From an uncultured Planctomycetales bacterium (GTDB lineage Bacteria > Omnitrophota > Gorgyraeia > Gygaellales > JAHJCI01): a stretch of DNA of 40,371 nucleotides. Location of the stretch: the NCBI GenBank assembly GCA_964588765.1, contig CAZPQS010000002.1:1-40371 (forward strand). Direction: 5' to 3'. Shown piece by piece: positions 36,184 to 40,371 of this stretch. Under the pieces are notes generated by a model. That model was not told the DNA's origin and made no database searches. It saw only the letters and a program-made list of their open reading frames with translations. Each line of letters starts with the position of its first letter. Position 1 is the stretch's first letter. Position numbers and translations under genes: made by a program.

Positions 36184-37718
36184 TGAGAAAAGAATTGCCT
36201 GAAAATTTAATTGAGATGCTGAATTTAAGTACTGCTATCAATCCAGAGAAGACAGCCATGTATTTTATGGATAGAAAGGTTACCTATAGAGAGCTCTCTT
36301 CTGCCTCTGACCGTTTTGCCCGGGGCTTGAATAATCTGGGGATTAAAAAAGATGATAAGGCCGCGATTTTTCTGTCAAACTCGCCGGAATTTGTGATTGC
36401 CAATTTCGGCATAATTAAAGCAGGCTCAACTGTTGTGCCGATAAATAATATGTTTAAACAGGAAGAAGCAGAGTTTATCCTTAAGGATGCCGATGCCTCT
36501 TGCGCGGTGACCTCGCTTGCTTATCTTGATATCATCAGACCGATAAGGCAGAAGCTTAAAGGCCTAAAATATATAATATTGGTGGATGGCATAACTTCCG
36601 ATACCCTGAATTTTTATGAAATTATCGAGAGGACCATCCCCAAGCCGAAACCGGAGGAGATAAATAAAGAAGGCATTGCCTCAATCCTTTATACATCAGG
36701 CACTACCGGCCAGCCAAAGGGAGCGATGCTCACTCACGATAATTTTCTCTCTAATTGTTCTGCCTGTGCCCGGGCCATAAAGGCTAAAAAGACCGATAAT
36801 TTTATTTGTCTTCTTCCTATGTTTCATTCCTTTGCCTGGACAGTGTGCATACTCATGCCTTTATATGCGGCAGCGAGCATCACCATTATTGACTCCCTGC
36901 GCCCTTTCCGGAAGGTTATCAGAAATGTAATCAAAAAGAAGGTAACCGTTTTTGTGGGCATACCCTCGATCTACCATATCCTTGCCCATATGCATATCCC
37001 CCCTGTTTTTACCTCGCGCATTTTAAAATTAATCGACCCGTTAAGAATATGTATTTCCGGCGCGGCAGCCTTGCCCTCAGAGGTGTTAGAGAGATTTGAA
37101 GAGAAATTTAAGGTTCCGCTCCTGGAGGGTTATGGCTTGACCGAGACCTCTCCGGTCGTATCTTTAAATCCCATGCGGGGAATAAGAAAACCGGGTTCGG
37201 TCGGATTAAACATTGACGGCGTTGAGGTTAAGGTCATTAGTGAGCAAGGCAGGCAGTTGTCGCCGGGCGAAGTCGGAGAACTCCTTGTTAAGGGACCCAA
37301 CGTGATGGACGGCTATTTTAACAATAATCAGGCAACAAGTCAGACTCTAAGGGATAATTGGCTTTATACCGGAGATTTAAGCAAGATTGACCAGGACGGC
37401 TATATCTATATAGTGGATAGAAAAAAGGATATGATTAATGTGCGGGGCTTAAATGTCTATCCTGCCGAGATAGAAAGGGTTTTGCTCAGACACCAAAAGA
37501 TTAAAGAGGCGGCTGTCATTAGAGTAGCCGATAAATTTAAGGGAGAGGTACCCAAGGCCTTCGTTGTTTTAAAGGAAGGCCAGGATTGCGCCGCCACCGA
37601 GTTAGTGGGTTATCTAAGAAGGCACCTGGCAGCCTTTAAGATTCCCAAATATGTAGAGTTCAGGCAATCTCTTCCCAAGACCGCAACCGGCAAAATCGCT
37701 AAAAGGCAATTAATTTAA
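36180..37718 (+). CDS. AMP-dependent acyl-CoA synthetase (long-chain-fatty-acid--CoA ligase-like)
   Basis: Start at ATG 36180, overlapping the upstream TGA. AMP-binding motif ILYTSGTTGQPKGAMLTH, GYGLTETS, YTGDL and a C-terminal TATGKI. Confidence 0.85.
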   Translation: MMRKELPENLIEMLNLSTAINPEKTAMYFMDRKVTYRELSSASDRFARGLNNLGIKKDDKAAIFLSNSPEFVIANFGIIKAGSTVVPINNMFKQEEAEFILKDADASCAVTSLAYLDIIRPIRQKLKGLKYIILVDGITSDTLNFYEIIERTIPKPKPEEINKEGIASILYTSGTTGQPKGAMLTHDNFLSNCSACARAIKAKKTDNFICLLPMFHSFAWTVCILMPLYAAASITIIDSLRPFRKVIRNVIKKKVTVFVGIPSIYHILAHMHIPPVFTSRILKLIDPLRICISGAAALPSEVLERFEEKFKVPLLEGYGLTETSPVVSLNPMRGIRKPGSVGLNIDGVEVKVISEQGRQLSPGEVGELLVKGPNVMDGYFNNNQATSQTLRDNWLYTGDLSKIDQDGYIYIVDRKKDMINVRGLNVYPAEIERVLLRHQKIKEAAVIRVADKFKGEVPKAFVVLKEGQDCAATELVGYLRRHLAAFKIPKYVEFRQSLPKTATGKIAKRQLI

Positions 37719-37719
37719 A

Positions 37720-40371
37720 ATGGGCAAGATATACACCGCCGGATTTGATGTTGATATAATTGAGTTATCAGCCGATTTTCTTTTAAGAGAAAATGTCGGG
37801 GATAATCCTGATTTTTCCTCAGTAGCTGTTATCTTCCCGGGCAAAAGGCCGCAGTTTTATTTAAGAAAGGCATTAGCCAGCCGGATAAAAAGGGCGTTTT
37901 CACCGCCCCGGATTTTTTCTATTGAGGAGTTTATCCAGTATCTGGCGAAGTCAAATGTACAGCTTCGCCAAGAAGGAGGCAGCTATCAGCCGATTAGTCT
38001 AATTGATGCCTGTTTTTTGATTTATAACATTATTCAGAACTTAAAGTTAAGTTATCTTGATTGGCAGAAGCAATTGGAATTCGAGCATTTTTTCTTATGG
38101 GCAAGGAGGATTTTTGAATTCCTCGAGGAACTGGATAAAGAGATGGTTTCAGAAAGACAGTTATTGGACCTGCAGGAAAATGCCCAGATTGGCCTTCCCC
38201 TGCCCGATTATATTAATCATCTGCTGGAGAATATCAATCAAATACACAAGGGATTTCATAAATCTCTGGCAGAGAATAAACTTACCACCTCGGGGTTTAA
38301 TTATTATCAGGTTGCCCAGTCCATTGAAAGGATTTGCCTGGATGAATTTAAGAGAATCTACTTTGTCGGTTTCTTCGCCCTTAATGCTTGCGAGGAGAGG
38401 ATTATAAAGTATCTGCTCGAGCAAGACAAGGCTTGTCTTCTCTGGCAGAGGGACGAAGATGATTGGTCTATATTTGAGGAGCAGGAGAGATTCTTTGCTC
38501 TCCAGCCGGAGAAGATTGAATCAGCCGCCCCCTATCCACAAATCCAAATTTATGAGGCTTTTGATACCCATTCTCAAATGGAAGCGGTAAGGGGAATTCT
38601 ATTGAATCTTAAAGATTTGGAAGATACCTGTGTGGTTTTATCCCAGGCCGGCAGCCTTATGCCTTTGCTTTATCAGGCCTTGCCTCCTAATCTAACCGAC
38701 TACAACATCTCTTTAGGCTATCCCTTAAAGCGCACGCCAATATATGCGCTAATTGATACGATTATGCAGGCGCAGGAAAGAAAGAGACAGGACGGCAGCT
38801 TCTATGCCAAGGATTATTTAAAGGTGATTATGCACCCCTACATAAAAAATATCGGCGATGATAAACTTACCTCAGATATGACTCGCATTTTGATTCATAA
38901 GATTGAAGAGTTTCTCCTGGGGATAGATAAGAGAGCAGGTTCACAAAAAAGAATATTTATCAAATTAGGGGAGATTGAGGCCAACCCCTCTATCTTTCAG
39001 GCTGCGGCCGGGTTAATCCGTAATTCAGGCATTGCCCAGATTGAGCCGCAGGATTTAAGGAATCAATTAGAACTCATTCATCAAAGATTCCTTTGCGCCT
39101 TTGATGACTGTCTTTGCCTTTTTGATTTTGTGCAAGCCACGCAGGCAATTCTTTATTTCATTTTAGAGAAGAGCCGGGTTTCTTTGGATATCTTTTCCGG
39201 TGAGGCGTTCAGCCGCCTTCTGACGATACTGGATAGCTTAGGACAGTCTCTTTTTAAGGACGAGGCAATCAGGAAGAAATCCACCTTCTTTGAATTACTT
39301 AAATCAAGTCTTTCTTTGGAGAAGATACCCTTTACGGGAACACCCGTGTGCGGTTTGCAGATTTTAGGCCCCCTTGAGACGCGAAATCTTAAGTTTAGTA
39401 ATGTGCTTATCTTAGACCTCAATGAGGGTGTTCTGCCCAAAATAGATAAGGGAGGATCGCTTATCCCGGAAGGTATATTTCCTGTTTTGGGCCTGCCGCA
39501 TTATCATAAAAGAGAGCAGATTATGCGCTATCACTTCCGAAGGCTGATGTGTTCAGCAAAGAATGTATTTTTAATATATCAGACTTGTTCCGGAGATAAA
39601 GAGTCTCGCTCAAGATTTATTGAAGAGATAATCTGGCAGGAGGAGAAGAGAAGCGGGAGATTATACGATCCGGGAAAGATCAAACGCATTGAATTCAAGG
39701 CAATGCCGATGAAAGCCGGTTTTTCTTTAAGCAAGACCCCCCAGACCCTGAAGATTCTTCGGAAGCATACCTTTTCTCCTACGAGCCTGGATACCTATTT
39801 AAACTGCCCGGCCCAATTCTACTTCCGCTATTGCTTGGGGCTAAAAGAAAAAGAGGAGCTTGCTGAAGAATTCCAGGCAAGCGACATCGGAAATTTCTTG
39901 CATCGCCTTTTGCGGGATTTCTATTCATTATTTCTGAATAAGACGGTTAAGTTAAATGATGAGGCATATAGGTATTTATTCGAACTTAAAGAAAAGAAAT
40001 TAAAGGAATTCTTTCCTCAACAGACAGGCGAACGATTTCTATTAAGCAGGATAATAGATTATAAACTAAAATCTTTTTTTAACCGGGAGGCGGCCAGAAA
40101 AGAAAGGATAAAGATAATTTATTTGGAACAGGAAATACCCGTTGAGCCAGGAAAGATAAAGATTAACACCGGGAATGGGTCGGTATATTTAAAGGGAAAA
40201 CTGGACCGCGTGGATGAGCGTATCCTTGACGGCAGGAGGCGCATCGTAATTTTGGATTATAAAACTGGAGGATATAGCCTGCCAAGGAAAGGTATTAACA
40301 AAAACTCTCTTAATAATCGAGAGGAGATAAAAAAGGCCATTGGCTCGTTTCAGCTTCCCCTTTATATCTAT
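37720..40371 (+). CDS. AddB-like PD-(D/E)XK nuclease / inactivated helicase subunit (3' end beyond window)
   Basis: An 884-codon frame open from ATG 37720 to the window end; absent from the ORF track because it has no stop. No Walker A at the N-terminus (AVIFPGKRPQFYL). LQILGPLETRNLKFSNVLILDLNEGVLP, SLDTYLNCPAQFYFRYCLG and LDRVDE...IVILDYKTG are AddB/RecB-family nuclease patterns. Confidence 0.7.
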   Translation, partial: MGKIYTAGFDVDIIELSADFLLRENVGDNPDFSSVAVIFPGKRPQFYLRKALASRIKRAFSPPRIFSIEEFIQYLAKSNVQLRQEGGSYQPISLIDACFLIYNIIQNLKLSYLDWQKQLEFEHFFLWARRIFEFLEELDKEMVSERQLLDLQENAQIGLPLPDYINHLLENINQIHKGFHKSLAENKLTTSGFNYYQVAQSIERICLDEFKRIYFVGFFALNACEERIIKYLLEQDKACLLWQRDEDDWSIFEEQERFFALQPEKIESAAPYPQIQIYEAFDTHSQMEAVRGILLNLKDLEDTCVVLSQAGSLMPLLYQALPPNLTDYNISLGYPLKRTPIYALIDTIMQAQERKRQDGSFYAKDYLKVIMHPYIKNIGDDKLTSDMTRILIHKIEEFLLGIDKRAGSQKRIFIKLGEIEANPSIFQAAAGLIRNSGIAQIEPQDLRNQLELIHQRFLCAFDDCLCLFDFVQATQAILYFILEKSRVSLDIFSGEAFSRLLTILDSLGQSLFKDEAIRKKSTFFELLKSSLSLEKIPFTGTPVCGLQILGPLETRNLKFSNVLILDLNEGVLPKIDKGGSLIPEGIFPVLGLPHYHKREQIMRYHFRRLMCSAKNVFLIYQTCSGDKESRSRFIEEIIWQEEKRSGRLYDPGKIKRIEFKAMPMKAGFSLSKTPQTLKILRKHTFSPTSLDTYLNCPAQFYFRYCLGLKEKEELAEEFQASDIGNFLHRLLRDFYSLFLNKTVKLNDEAYRYLFELKEKKLKEFFPQQTGERFLLSRIIDYKLKSFFNREAARKERIKIIYLEQEIPVEPGKIKINTGNGSVYLKGKLDRVDERILDGRRRIVILDYKTGGYSLPRKGINKNSLNNREEIKKAIGSFQLPLYIY

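Noticed and set aside
38057-39440. ORF-track entries 38057-38407 (+), 38161-38424 (-) and 39153-39440 (-)
   Set aside because: They fall inside the 884-codon open frame starting at 37720, which carries the AddB-like nuclease motifs. These are out-of-frame or antisense shadows.

Overview
This window is a bacterial chromosomal replication-origin region, densely packed and almost entirely housekeeping. All assignments come from reading motifs and synteny by eye; no database search was possible.

Gene order and strand switch: left of about 8.56 kb every gene is on the minus strand. In transcription order these are rpmH, yidD, yidC, a Jag_N-only ORF, parA, parB, ndk, yicC, gmk, rpoZ, coaC, tRNA-Cys, a LAGLIDADG endonuclease, tRNA-Leu, tRNA-Val and thrS. 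Right of it nearly everything is on the plus strand:
- dnaA, dnaN, a DciA-like DUF721 ORF, gyrB, gyrA, tRNA-Glu
- a SurA-like lipoprotein, a HAMP protein, a secreted hypothetical, glmS, rsmI
- one convergent outer-membrane barrel gene on the minus strand
- a PyrR-attenuated pyrR-pyrB-pyrC operon that runs on into Mut7-C, EndoQ-like and flavodoxin genes
- tRNA-Arg, a TIGR00725 protein, YjbQ, fpg, pyrK, two small paralogous membrane proteins
- an rmuC interrupted by a stop codon
- an AddA-like helicase-nuclease, a five-gene block, then an AddB-like gene running off the window end

The strand switch, the DnaA-box-like sites and the AT-rich dnaA-dnaN spacer place oriC at about 8.56-10.53 kb. The outer-membrane barrel suggests a diderm, probably uncultured, lineage; I cannot assign taxonomy.

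I found no CRISPR array, transposase, prophage or recognisable defence island.

Most unusual signals:
1. An 82-bp array of eight helically phased CGCAGAT heptamers (4 direct, 4 inverted) fills the rpoZ-coaC spacer.
2. A free-standing double-motif LAGLIDADG homing-endonuclease gene is wedged between tRNA genes.
3. Mut7-C and EndoQ-like genes are translationally coupled to the pyr operon.
4. rmuC carries an in-frame TAA.
5. An AddA-like/AddB-like pair is split by unrelated genes.
6. Canonical origin-region genes or domains are missing: rnpA, recF, the Jag KH/R3H modules and CoaB.
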